Origin: Clostridia bacterium
GTDB taxonomy: Bacteria; Bacillota; Clostridia; TANB77; CAG-508
Assembly: GCA_029258515.1 (NCBI GenBank)
Contig: JARHYK010000019.1
Coordinates: 44,614 to 108,613, forward strand
Length of the DNA stretch: 64,000 nt
Direction of reading: 5' to 3'
The translations under genes and the position numbers were made by a program. Under the pieces are notes generated by a model. The model saw only the letters and a program-made list of their open reading frames with translations, did no database searches and was not told the origin of the DNA. Of the stretch, positions 41,862-51,569 are shown one piece after another (positions within the stretch are counted from its first letter, which is position 1; every line of letters begins with the position of its first letter).

Positions 41862-43043
41862 ATGAAGTACAACATTAATATTAGAGAAGAGTACTTTGGG
41901 GCAACAGTATCAGTTGTTAATACGGGAAAAAGAGAATATGTAAATCAAAATGAATTAAAAGAAATTTTAGAAATGCAAAAATTTCCAGAAGATATGCTAG
42001 CAAGTAAAATAAAAGAAGGTTATAAAATAAAGTATACACCACTAGAAAACAAAGACATAAAGGATCATTTTAGCTTTGCCGATATTGCTTATTTAGAATT
42101 AACAAGAGAGTGTAATCTAAGGTGCAAACACTGTTTGAATAATTCAGGGAAGCTAATAAAAAACCAATTAAGTATAAAGGAACTAAGAAAATTAGTTCAA
42201 GACTTAATTGATTCAGGTATTCAGGAAATAAGATTTACTGGTGGAGAACCATTAATGTTTGAAAATATATATGAACTTATAAAATTATGTGACGATAATG
42301 GAGTTTGTACTTCTATTGGAACAAATGGAACTTTAGTTACACCTAGAGTAGCAAGTATGTTAAAAGAAGCAGGATTAAAAAAAGTTGTTGTTAGCATTGA
42401 TGGAACAGAGAAAAGACATGATATTATTAGAGGAAGAGGAAATTATGAAAAAACTATAAATGGGCTAAAATATTTAAAAGAAGTAGGACTAAATGTCAGA
42501 GTAAATGCTGTAATTATGAAATCTAATATTGAAGATGTAATTAAATTAGCAAAAGAAATGAATAAAAATAAAATAACACTATTTATCAGAAGATTTATAG
42601 AATCTGGAAGGGGAGAAAAACTTAAAAATAATATGTTAACAGCAGACGATTACAATTATGTTAAAAAACAATTATATAACGAAATACAAACAGCAAAATA
42701 TGTGAATGGACACTACTTACGAAATGATGAGGGAGTTCATCCTCGAATTAAGTTACCATTTTTAATAAGAGGATGTAAAGCTGGTCAAAGAGCACTTTCA
42801 ATAATGCCTGATGGAAAAATACAACTATGTGGTTTTTTAGCTCCACAAGGATTTTTAGCAATAGATAATGTTAAAAATGTAAAAAATTGGAGAGAGTTAT
42901 GGAATAAGATACAAAAAATGGATAGATTGAAGTATTTAAGGGATAATCTTGATAAATACAATGAGCAACCTAATATACAAGAAACATATTGTTTAGCATA
43001 CATTCAAAGATATTTAAATGTAAATAAAACAAGCGAGGAGTAA
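41862..43043 (+). CDS. Radical SAM protein with twitch/SPASM-like C-terminus
   Basis: CNLRCKHC, FTGGEPL, VSIDG, CKAG...IMPDGKIQLC; RBS GGAGG. Confidence 0.9.
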   Translation: MKYNINIREEYFGATVSVVNTGKREYVNQNELKEILEMQKFPEDMLASKIKEGYKIKYTPLENKDIKDHFSFADIAYLELTRECNLRCKHCLNNSGKLIKNQLSIKELRKLVQDLIDSGIQEIRFTGGEPLMFENIYELIKLCDDNGVCTSIGTNGTLVTPRVASMLKEAGLKKVVVSIDGTEKRHDIIRGRGNYEKTINGLKYLKEVGLNVRVNAVIMKSNIEDVIKLAKEMNKNKITLFIRRFIESGRGEKLKNNMLTADDYNYVKKQLYNEIQTAKYVNGHYLRNDEGVHPRIKLPFLIRGCKAGQRALSIMPDGKIQLCGFLAPQGFLAIDNVKNVKNWRELWNKIQKMDRLKYLRDNLDKYNEQPNIQETYCLAYIQRYLNVNKTSEE

Positions 43044-43051
43044 ATAGTAAA

Positions 43052-43726
43052 ATGTTAATAGCAATAACAGGGTTGCATGCAGCAGGTAAAAGTTATTTTG
43101 TAAATAATGTACCAGTAAAATTTGGATTTAAAATATATAATAAAAAGGAAATAGTTAAATATATATGTAAGAAAGAAACAAATAGAGATGATTGGTCAGA
43201 GTGGTATAAGGAAGAGTTTAATAAAGATGCATATCGTATAACTAAAAAAATATTATCATATATAAATGTAAGTGAAAATGTTGTATTAGATGCAGTTCAT
43301 AGTGATTTAGAATGGAATATTATTTCAAATATAGTTCCTGATTCAGAGCTTATTGGAATGATAACACCAGATTTTATTAGAGAGCAACGAAGAGAAGAAG
43401 GGGATATAGAAAAAGATAAAAAAAGATTAAAGTATTGGCATAATGGCGGAGGATGTCTTATGAAAGAATTAAGCTGGAGCTTTAATGGAGGAGCATCTTT
43501 AGAAATTAATGAAAAAATGTTTGAAGAATTTTTAGAATATATAAAGAGAAAACAATTATCAATCAATGGTGAAAAAGTTGAATTTAGTGAAAATAAAACC
43601 CAAAAATTAAAAAGTCTTATTGAAAAAAATGCTGATATGGATATAAAAATTAATAAAGCAAAAAAGTTATTGAAAGAATATGAACAATTGGATTCATCAG
43701 AAAGGGTTGAGGAGATTGAAAAATAG
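43052..43726 (+). CDS. P-loop nucleoside/nucleotide kinase-like protein
   Basis: MLIAITGLHAAGKS Walker A, VVLDAV, R..RR lid-like segment. Confidence 0.65.
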   Translation: MLIAITGLHAAGKSYFVNNVPVKFGFKIYNKKEIVKYICKKETNRDDWSEWYKEEFNKDAYRITKKILSYINVSENVVLDAVHSDLEWNIISNIVPDSELIGMITPDFIREQRREEGDIEKDKKRLKYWHNGGGCLMKELSWSFNGGASLEINEKMFEEFLEYIKRKQLSINGEKVEFSENKTQKLKSLIEKNADMDIKINKAKKLLKEYEQLDSSERVEEIEK

Positions 43727-43925
43727 TGATATTTATTCTAAAGTAAAAAAAGAACAGATAGAGAAAATCATTTTAGATTTGCAGTCAAATATAATTAATA
43801 TTGATAAATTGGATGATAATGAGAAGGATTTATTAATTTGTTATTATAATGAAGAAATATTGAAGAAAAAGAAATATATTGTAAAATTAAAAGAAGATAT
43901 TTTAAATAAAAGGAGAGATATATAA
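43716..43925 (+). CDS. Small hypothetical protein (about 69 aa)
   Basis: TTG start after purine-rich RBS, coupled to both neighbours. Confidence 0.5.
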   Translation: MKNSDIYSKVKKEQIEKIILDLQSNIINIDKLDDNEKDLLICYYNEEILKKKKYIVKLKEDILNKRRDI

Positions 43926-44344
43926 TGATTATAAAAAAAGCAGGGTGTATATTAATAAATTTATCTACTAAAGAAGTGGCATTAGTGTGTAGAAAAGGGG
44001 AGTTTTCTTTTCCAAAAGGCCATTTAGAAAAAGGAGAAACATTACAAGAATGTGCTATTAGAGAAACAATTGAAGAAACAGGGCATGCTTGCCATATATA
44101 TATAAATAAAGAAATTTCTAAAATAAATTATATAAGTTCTAAAGGAGAGAATGTAGAAAATTACTTTTATGTAGCAATAGATGATGGAATATATAATGGA
44201 AATATAGAAGAAAAAGATAAAGAAGAAACTATATGGAAAGAAATAGAAGAAATTGAGAATACATTATCACATGAGAATTTAAAAGAATTTTGGAAAAAAA
44301 TTAAAGGAGAAATAAAAAAGATAATAGAAAATGAATGTTTATAA
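43925..44344 (+). CDS. Nudix hydrolase
   Basis: PKGHLEKGETLQECAIRETIEETG Nudix box. Confidence 0.92.
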   Translation: MIIKKAGCILINLSTKEVALVCRKGEFSFPKGHLEKGETLQECAIRETIEETGHACHIYINKEISKINYISSKGENVENYFYVAIDDGIYNGNIEEKDKEETIWKEIEEIENTLSHENLKEFWKKIKGEIKKIIENECL

Positions 44345-45056
44345 TATATTTTTATCAAAAAGAGAGAATTATTTTGGAAGTGCTCAAAAAATAAAAGAAA
44401 GTAGCAAGAAACCAGTAAATATTATTTGGATTGAAGATTTTATAATGAATGATGAAAATAGAGAAAAGTTAAATGGAGATGTTATATATTTTTTATGTAA
44501 TAGTATATTAATAAATGGATTAATAGAATATCTTAAAGGAGTAAAATGTTATATATTTAATAAAAGATTTTTTGAAAAAAATTATAGGAAATTAGAAATA
44601 CAAAACATTTTAAGAGAGAATACAATCAAAACACCTCGAATACTATTTAATCCACTTTTGAATCAAATTAAATTACCAATTTTTTGCAAAGAAAATAAAC
44701 ATGCAGGTATGATATTCAAAGCATATACTATAAATACATTAGAAAGTTTTTTTCAAAAGTTTGATATTAAAGACTTTTATTTAGAAGAGCCAATAGAAGG
44801 AGAATCAGAAACAAAATATTATTATGTAAGAGATAGTATATATTCTAAAAATAATATCAAAGTAACTGATTCAGTAAAAGAGTATTGTATAAAAATTTCT
44901 AAAATATTGAAGTTAGAAGTTTTTTCGATAGATATTATAAAAAGAAATAATGAACATATTGTAATAGATGTTAATCCATCAGCAGGATTTTATATGTTAG
45001 ATGAAGCTAGAAATAAATTATTATTTGAGTTTGATAAAATTAAGGAGCGAAAATAA
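44331..45056 (+). CDS. ATP-grasp (RimK-like) protein
   Basis: IKTP, PIFCK, YLEEPIEG, FSIDII...VIDVNPSAG. Confidence 0.7.
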   Translation: MNVYNIFLSKRENYFGSAQKIKESSKKPVNIIWIEDFIMNDENREKLNGDVIYFLCNSILINGLIEYLKGVKCYIFNKRFFEKNYRKLEIQNILRENTIKTPRILFNPLLNQIKLPIFCKENKHAGMIFKAYTINTLESFFQKFDIKDFYLEEPIEGESETKYYYVRDSIYSKNNIKVTDSVKEYCIKISKILKLEVFSIDIIKRNNEHIVIDVNPSAGFYMLDEARNKLLFEFDKIKERK

Positions 45057-45064
45057 TATTGTAT

Positions 45065-45717
45065 TGTTATAATAAAATTCACAGTCCCAATAGTAACAAA
45101 CGATAAGATAGAGAAATATATAAATGAAAATCTTACTTCATATATTAATGTGGAAGTTGTTAGCAATCATGAGTTTTTATCCCGGGGTACAGCTATAAGA
45201 GATACATTATATGCACCTAAAATTATTATAGGAACGGAAAGAAAAATAATAAAAAATTAATGAAAAAATTGTATAAAGATTTTGATTTGCCATTAATTAT
45301 TATGAACAGGAAAAGTAGTGAAATGGTAAAATATGATTCAAATGATTTTTTAGTATTAAAAATAAGTTATATTAATGAAAAAGTAAGAAAGATTTTTAAG
45401 AGTTTTGACTATTAGGTTTTGCATTAAAACCTAACACAGACGATTTTAGAGAAGTTCAATCGATAAGATAATATTATATCTAGTAGAAATTGAATATTCA
45501 AATAGTCCACAACAAGCCTTAAAAGGAGTAGATGTATGTTTTGAATTTACAGAAATGGAAACAAATAAAAGAAATAAAACATATTGAATATAGAAAACTA
45601 ATGAGTAGTGCTAGAATTTATGATGGTAGAAATATATATAATATAGAAGAAAATAAAAACAATAAAATATTATTGAATTATAAGAAATTAATAAATATAT
45701 GGAAAGAAGAAGTTTAA
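45065..45717 (+). pseudogene. ugd: UDP-glucose 6-dehydrogenase pseudogene
   Basis: Fragments KFTVP..TND, VVSNHEFLSRG, EMVKYDSNDFLVLKISYINE, LGFALKPNTDDFRE, IYDGRNIY with deletions and frame breaks. Confidence 0.8.
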
Positions 45718-45718
45718 A

Positions 45719-46672
45719 ATGAAAAAATATTTAATAATGGGCGGTGCAGGTTTTATAGGGAGTAATCTTGCTTATAGATATGCGCAAGATAAGGAAAATG
45801 AAATATATATAATTGACAACCTAAGCACGGGAAAAATGGAAAATTTAAAAGAAATAGTAGAAAAATATAAAAATGTTCATTTTTATAAAGAAGATATTAG
45901 AAATAGTAATATAATTAAATTTATAAAAGATAATAAATTTGATAATATATATAATTTTGCTTGTCCTGCTTCACCAAAATATTATTTAAAATTTCCAATT
46001 GATACTTGGGAAACAAGTATCATAGGAATAAGTAATATATTGAAAGCAATAAAAGGTACAAAAACAAAATTATTGCAGGCATCAACTTCAGAGGTATATG
46101 GGGATGCTAAGGAAATTCCACAAAGGGAAGAATATTGGGGACATGTAAATTGTAATGGAGTAAGAGCTTGTTATGACGAAGGCAAAAGAGCAGCAGAATC
46201 TTTAATATTTGATTATAAAAGATTATATAATGTAGATGTTAGAGTTATTAGAATATTTAATACATATGGACCTAGAATGGATAAAAATGACGGAAGAATA
46301 ATATCTAATTTTATAAATCAAGCTATTAATAATATTGATATAACAATATATGGTACAGGTAAACAAACTAGAAGTTTCTGCTATGTAGATGATACAATAA
46401 ATGCAATTATAAAGATTATGGATAGAAAAGAACATGTAGACTATCCTATCAATATTGGAAATCCAATAGAAATAAGTGTTAAAAAAGTAGCAGATATAAT
46501 AAAAATGTTAACAAAGTCAAAATCTGATATTGTATTTTGTAATGCAATGAATGATGAACCACAAAGAAGAAAACCTGATATTACAAATGCAATTAATTTA
46601 TTAGGATGGAAACCCAAAATTGAATTACAAGAGGGCTTAATAAAATGTATAAAATATTATAATAAAAAATAG
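45719..46672 (+). CDS. UDP-glucuronate decarboxylase (UDP-xylose synthase-like SDR)
   Basis: GGAGFIGS, ACPASP, STSEVYGD, YWGHVN..GVRACYDEGKR, RIFNTYGPRM. Confidence 0.9.
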   Translation: MKKYLIMGGAGFIGSNLAYRYAQDKENEIYIIDNLSTGKMENLKEIVEKYKNVHFYKEDIRNSNIIKFIKDNKFDNIYNFACPASPKYYLKFPIDTWETSIIGISNILKAIKGTKTKLLQASTSEVYGDAKEIPQREEYWGHVNCNGVRACYDEGKRAAESLIFDYKRLYNVDVRVIRIFNTYGPRMDKNDGRIISNFINQAINNIDITIYGTGKQTRSFCYVDDTINAIIKIMDRKEHVDYPINIGNPIEISVKKVADIIKMLTKSKSDIVFCNAMNDEPQRRKPDITNAINLLGWKPKIELQEGLIKCIKYYNKK

Positions 46673-46771
46673 TAAACTAAAATATAACTATTTTATGTAT
46701 GACTATATTATATTTTTAAATCCAGTATATGATAAACTAAAAGTGGTCCATTTTTCACTTAACAAATACAA

Positions 46772-46864
46772 TATGAAGAAGCAATGGAAAAGCTAAACTA
46801 TGATAGTAATAAAACAGCTTTATGGGAATTAAATGAAAGATTAAAAAGGAAGAAGAATATTTAA
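46772..46864 (+). pseudogene. 3' remnant of a Nudix pyrophosphatase gene
   Basis: YEEAMEKLNYDSNKTALWELNERL*, no upstream coding part. Confidence 0.55.
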
Positions 46865-46871
46865 AAATATC

Positions 46872-47020
46872 TTGCAAAATATAAAATATTATGTTAAATT
46901 ATAAGCATAGAATTAAGCTATAAAATATATGGAATAGATACTCTCATTTTTAGCTCACGGAAGAACTAAATGAGCCAATAAGAATACTTATAAAAGATTG
47001 TCTTTTATAAGTATTTTTTT
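46872..47020 (+). ncRNA. Candidate structured small RNA (promoter, pseudoknot-like core, terminator)
   Basis: TTGCAA-17nt-TGtTAAATT; TTTAG/CTAAA and GCTCA/TGAGC pairings; terminator AATACTTATAAAAGA/TCTTTTATAAGTATT plus T tract. Confidence 0.4.
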
Positions 47021-47096
47021 ATGTATGTTGCTAAATATATAATTTTGTAATAAAATAACATGAAAAGCTTGAAAAAATATGAAAAGGAGAACAAAA

Positions 47097-47813
47097 TTGC
47101 AAGAAAAAATTACTGAATTAAAAAGATTAATAGATAAAAGTAATAATATAGTATTTTTTGGTGGCGCAGGAGTTTCTACAGAAAGTGGAATACCAGATTT
47201 TAGAAGTAAAGATGGATTATATAATCAAAAATACAAATATCCACCAGAAGAAATATTAAGTCATGATTTTTTTATGAATAATCAAAAAGAATTTTATAGA
47301 TTCTATAAAGAAAAAAAGAATAGTTTAAAACATAAACCTAATATCACACATATAAAATTAGCAAAACTAGAAAAACAAGGAAAATTAAAAGCAATAATAA
47401 CACAAAACATAGATGGGTTACACCAAAAAGCAGGATCAAAAAAAGTATATGAATTACATGGGAGCATTCATAGAAATTATTGCCTAAAATGCAATAAATT
47501 TTATGATGCAAGTTATATTTTTGATTCTAAAGAAGTACCTAAATGTAGCTGTGGAGGAACAATAAAACCAGATGTAGTGTTGTATCAAGAAGCACTAGAA
47601 GACGATGTAGTTGAAAAATCAATACAAACACTAATGAATTCAGATTTATTAATAATTGCAGGAACATCACTTACAGTATATCCAGCAAGTAGGCTTGTCA
47701 ATTATTTTAGAGGAAAAAACATAGTTCTAATAAATAAAGATATAACTCCATATGATAATAAAGCAAATCTAGTAATAAATGAAAGCTTAGGAAAAGTATT
47801 TGAAAGAATTTAG
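47097..47813 (+). CDS. cobB: Sir2-family NAD-dependent deacylase
   Basis: GAGVSTESGIPDFRS, TQNIDGLH, ELHGS, KPDVVLY, GTSL. Confidence 0.93.
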   Translation: MQEKITELKRLIDKSNNIVFFGGAGVSTESGIPDFRSKDGLYNQKYKYPPEEILSHDFFMNNQKEFYRFYKEKKNSLKHKPNITHIKLAKLEKQGKLKAIITQNIDGLHQKAGSKKVYELHGSIHRNYCLKCNKFYDASYIFDSKEVPKCSCGGTIKPDVVLYQEALEDDVVEKSIQTLMNSDLLIIAGTSLTVYPASRLVNYFRGKNIVLINKDITPYDNKANLVINESLGKVFERI

Positions 47814-47822
47814 GAGAATAAA

Positions 47823-48125
47823 ATGTATTACACATATATGATAAGATGTAAAGATAATTCTATATATACAGGAATGACTAACAATTTAGAAAAAAGAATG
47901 AAAGAACATTTTTTAAAAGAAAAAACAGGGGCTAAATACACAAAATCGCATACTGCAATAAAATTAGAAGTAGCTTGGAGAAGCAAAGATAAATCATTAG
48001 CCTGTAAATTAGAATATCAAATTAAAAATCTTAATAAAAAACAAAAAGAAAAATTAGTTAAAGGTGAAAAACTATCTACATATTTAAAAGGAAAAATTGA
48101 TTGTAGAAGATATAGAAAAGTATAA
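47823..48125 (+). CDS. GIY-YIG nuclease family protein (YazA-like)
   Basis: YTYMIRCKDNSIYTGMTNNLEKR..EH...GAKYT. Confidence 0.9.
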   Translation: MYYTYMIRCKDNSIYTGMTNNLEKRMKEHFLKEKTGAKYTKSHTAIKLEVAWRSKDKSLACKLEYQIKNLNKKQKEKLVKGEKLSTYLKGKIDCRRYRKV

Positions 48126-48172
48126 CATAAAAAGAAAAAGAACATAATATATCAAATAAAGGGGGATATATT

Positions 48173-49123
48173 ATGATTAATGGAATAGGAAAAACACCAA
48201 TTGCTAAAATTAAATATAAATACAAAAAAAAGATAGATGAAATATATACAAAATTAGAATATTATAACCTAACAGGAAGCATAAAAGACAGAGTTGCATA
48301 CTATATCATACATAATGCAGAAAAAAATGGGGAGCTTAAACCAAATATGCCAATAGTTGAAGCAACAAGTGGTAATACAGGAATTTCACTTTCTGCATTA
48401 GGAACAATGACAAACCACAAAGTATATATTTTTATGCCAGATTGGGTAAGTATAGAAAGAAGAAAACTTATTGAACTATATGGAGCAAATATAAAACTTT
48501 TTTCAAAACAAGATGGCGGATTTAAAAAATGTATAGAAGAAGCCGAAAAGTTTGCTAAAGAAAATAAATATTTTTATGCAAACCAATTTGCAAATGAAAG
48601 TAATGTAATGGCACACTATGAAACAACAGGAGAAGAAATAATAAATCAAGTAAAAAACATAGGTGCATTTGTATCTGGGTATGGAACAGGAGGAACTTTA
48701 ACAGGAATTGCTAAAAAAATAAAAGAAAAAAATATTAATGCTAAAATTTATGCAATAGAACCAGAAAAAATGCCAATGCTTAAAGAAAATAAAATATTAG
48801 GAACACACAAAATAGAAGGTATTGGAGATGAAATAATACCTAAAATATTAGATAAGAAATTAATTGATGATATAATATTAATTAATGATGATGAAGCTAT
48901 TAAAATGACACAAAAAATATCACAACAATTAGGTATTGGTGTGGGAATTTCATCAGGGGCGAATTTTTTAGCAGCCGTTAAAATAAAAGATAAAATAAAT
49001 GAAAATGTAGTTACTGTTTTTGCAGATGATAATAAAAAATATTTAAGTACAGACTTAACAAAACTAAATAAAAAAAATGATAACGAAATTAAATTGCTTG
49101 ATGTTCAAATATTAAGATATTAA
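48173..49123 (+). CDS. cysK: Cysteine synthase family PLP enzyme
   Basis: TGSIKDR, EATSGNTGI, GTGGT, IEGIG, GISSGAN. Confidence 0.88.
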   Translation: MINGIGKTPIAKIKYKYKKKIDEIYTKLEYYNLTGSIKDRVAYYIIHNAEKNGELKPNMPIVEATSGNTGISLSALGTMTNHKVYIFMPDWVSIERRKLIELYGANIKLFSKQDGGFKKCIEEAEKFAKENKYFYANQFANESNVMAHYETTGEEIINQVKNIGAFVSGYGTGGTLTGIAKKIKEKNINAKIYAIEPEKMPMLKENKILGTHKIEGIGDEIIPKILDKKLIDDIILINDDEAIKMTQKISQQLGIGVGISSGANFLAAVKIKDKINENVVTVFADDNKKYLSTDLTKLNKKNDNEIKLLDVQILRY

Positions 49124-49134
49124 AACAAAAATGT

Positions 49135-49210
49135 TGGGGCCTTTAACGGGAATTGAACCCGTGACCTCAGCTTTACCAAAGCTGCACTCTACCAACTGAG
49201 CTATAAAGGC
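49135..49210 (-). tRNA. tRNA-Thr(GGU)
   Basis: GCCTTTA/TAAAGGC acceptor, CAGCT-TTGGTAA-AGCTG, GGTTCAATT, encoded CCA. Confidence 0.95.
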
Positions 49211-49262
49211 AAATATAATAAAATTATTATAACGTAAAACTTATAAAAAGTAAACAATTCTA

Positions 49263-49536
49263 TTGACTTTTTATAAAAAAAGTATTAAAATTATTAACAT
49301 AAGAATAGAAAAAGCAATAAGAGAAGAGTAAAATGCATAAATACTTTTAGAGAGAATTAGTCATAGGCTGAAAGCTAATTTAAGCAGATGTATTTGAAAA
49401 CTACCTCTATAAGCTTCTAGTGAATAAGCTAGACGTTTAAGATACGTTATAATCTACAAATAAAGTAAAATAAAGGATGGAACCGTGTAAATATATTACA
49501 CTCCTATAGATATAAATATCTATAGGAGTGTTTTTG
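49263..49536 (+). promoter_or_regulatory. sigmaA promoter and T-box riboswitch (Thr) upstream of thrS
   Basis: TTGACT-17nt-TAAAAT; AGAGA and GCTGA stem I motifs, specifier ACC at about 49403, T-box GGATGGAACCGTG, terminator ACACTCCTATAGATAT/ATATCTATAGGAGTGT. Confidence 0.9.
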
Positions 49537-49577
49537 TATATGGATATTTATATAAAAAAGAAAAGGAGGAAACAAAA

Positions 49578-51494
49578 ATGTTAAAAATTAAATTAAAAGA
49601 TAATTCAATTATAGAGGTTGAAAAAGGAACAACAATTTTCGAAGTAGCAAAAAAAATAAGTGAAGGATTAGCTAGAAATGCAACATGTGGAGAAATAAAT
49701 GGAGAAATAAAAGATTTAAGATATGAAATTAATTCTGATTGCGAATTAGTAATTCACACATTTGCAAAAGAAGACTTAGAAGGAAAAAAAGCATATTGGC
49801 ATACAACATCACACATAATGGCACAAGCAGTAAAAAGACTATTCCCAGATGTTAAATTTGCAATAGGACCAAGTATAAATGAGGGTTTTTATTATGATTT
49901 TGATGTAGAAAAACCATTTACAGATGAAGACAAATCAAAGATAGAAGAAGAAATGAAAAAAATCATAAAAGAAGATATAAAAATAGAAAAATTTTCGCTA
50001 CCAAAAAAAGAAGCATTAGAATTAATGAAAGATCAACCATATAAACAAGAACTAATAAATGAATTGCCAGAAGGAGAAGAAATATCATTCTATAAACAAG
50101 GAGATTTCACAGACCTTTGTGCAGGACCACATTTATTAAGTACAGGAAAAGTAAAAAAAGTAAAAATTTTATCATCATCAGGAGCATACTGGAGAGGTGA
50201 CGAAAAAAATAAGATGCTACAAAGAATTTATGCAATATCTTTCCCAAAAGCAAGTGAACTAGAAGAATATTTAAACTTATTAGAAGAAGCAAAAAAAAGA
50301 GATCATAGAAAATTAGGAAAAGAATTAGATTTATTTTTCTTTGATGAAACAGCACCAGGCATGGCATATTGGTTACCAAAAGGATTTAAACTAATGAATA
50401 TTTTGATTGAATTTTGGAGAAAAGAGCATGAAAAAAGAGGTTATCAAGAATTTTCAGGACCACAATTAAATAGTAGTGAATTATGGAAAATATCAGGTCA
50501 CTGGGATCACTATAAAGAAGATATGTTTGTTTTGACAGATTCAGATGGAAGAGAACAAGCTCTAAAACCAATGAATTGTCCAAATGCAATAAAAATATTC
50601 CAATCAAAAATGAGAAGTTACAAAGATTTACCACTTAGATTTAATGATATAGATGTTATCCATAGAAATGAAAAATCAGGACAATTAAATGGATTATTCA
50701 GAGTAAGAATGTTTAGACAAGATGATTCTCATAACTTTATAACAGAAGAACAAATTGGTTCAGAAATAAAAGATATAATAGGAATTGCTAAATATTTATA
50801 TGGAATTTTCGGATTGGATTTTGAATTAACATTATCAACAAGACCAGCTGACTATATGGGAGATATAAAACTATGGAATAAGGCGGAAGAAAATTTAAGA
50901 GAAGTATTAGATGAATTATGTGGAAAAGACCAATATAGAATAAACGAAGGAGATGGAGCATTTTATGGCCCAAAAATAGACATCAAAATGAAAGACTGTC
51001 TAGGAAGAGAATGGCAAATGGGAACAGTTCAAGTTGATTTTCAATTACCATTAAGATTTAATATGTCATATATAGATAAAGATGGAGAAAAGAAAACACC
51101 AATTTTAATTCATAGAGCATTATTTGGATCTTTTGAAAGATTTATAGGAATCATGACAGAACACTTTGCAGGAGCATTTCCAACTTGGTTATCACCAGTA
51201 CAAGTAAAAATATTACCAATTACAGATAATGAACATGAATATGCTAAAAGACTAAAAGAAGAATTTGAAAAAAACGGAATAAGAGTTGAACTAGATGATA
51301 GAAATGAAAAAACAGGATATAAAATAAGAGAAGCACAATTAGAAAAAATTCCATATATGCTAGTTGTAGGACCAAAAGAAGTAGAAGGAAACTTAGTTGC
51401 AGTTCGCTCTAGAAAAAACGGAGATGAAGGCACAATGCAAATATCTAACTTCATTGAAAAAATAAAAAAAGAGATAGAAGAAAAAGTAAGATAA
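49578..51494 (+). CDS. thrS: Threonine--tRNA ligase
   Basis: TGS domain, HTTSHIMA, DLCAGPH, RDHRKLG, KPMNCP, GAFYGPKID. Confidence 0.97.
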   Translation: MLKIKLKDNSIIEVEKGTTIFEVAKKISEGLARNATCGEINGEIKDLRYEINSDCELVIHTFAKEDLEGKKAYWHTTSHIMAQAVKRLFPDVKFAIGPSINEGFYYDFDVEKPFTDEDKSKIEEEMKKIIKEDIKIEKFSLPKKEALELMKDQPYKQELINELPEGEEISFYKQGDFTDLCAGPHLLSTGKVKKVKILSSSGAYWRGDEKNKMLQRIYAISFPKASELEEYLNLLEEAKKRDHRKLGKELDLFFFDETAPGMAYWLPKGFKLMNILIEFWRKEHEKRGYQEFSGPQLNSSELWKISGHWDHYKEDMFVLTDSDGREQALKPMNCPNAIKIFQSKMRSYKDLPLRFNDIDVIHRNEKSGQLNGLFRVRMFRQDDSHNFITEEQIGSEIKDIIGIAKYLYGIFGLDFELTLSTRPADYMGDIKLWNKAEENLREVLDELCGKDQYRINEGDGAFYGPKIDIKMKDCLGREWQMGTVQVDFQLPLRFNMSYIDKDGEKKTPILIHRALFGSFERFIGIMTEHFAGAFPTWLSPVQVKILPITDNEHEYAKRLKEEFEKNGIRVELDDRNEKTGYKIREAQLEKIPYMLVVGPKEVEGNLVAVRSRKNGDEGTMQISNFIEKIKKEIEEKVR

Positions 51495-51569
51495 TAAAAG
51501 AAGAATTTAAAATTTGAATAGTTTTTAGAATTATTCAAATTTTAAATTATAAAAGAAAGGAATTATAAA

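Noticed and set aside
45178-45187. In-frame CGG (TCC CGG GGT) without a frameshift
   Set aside because: It lies in the ugd pseudogene of a foreign island, so it is not evidence for or against the CGG rule. Recorded as the one exception seen.
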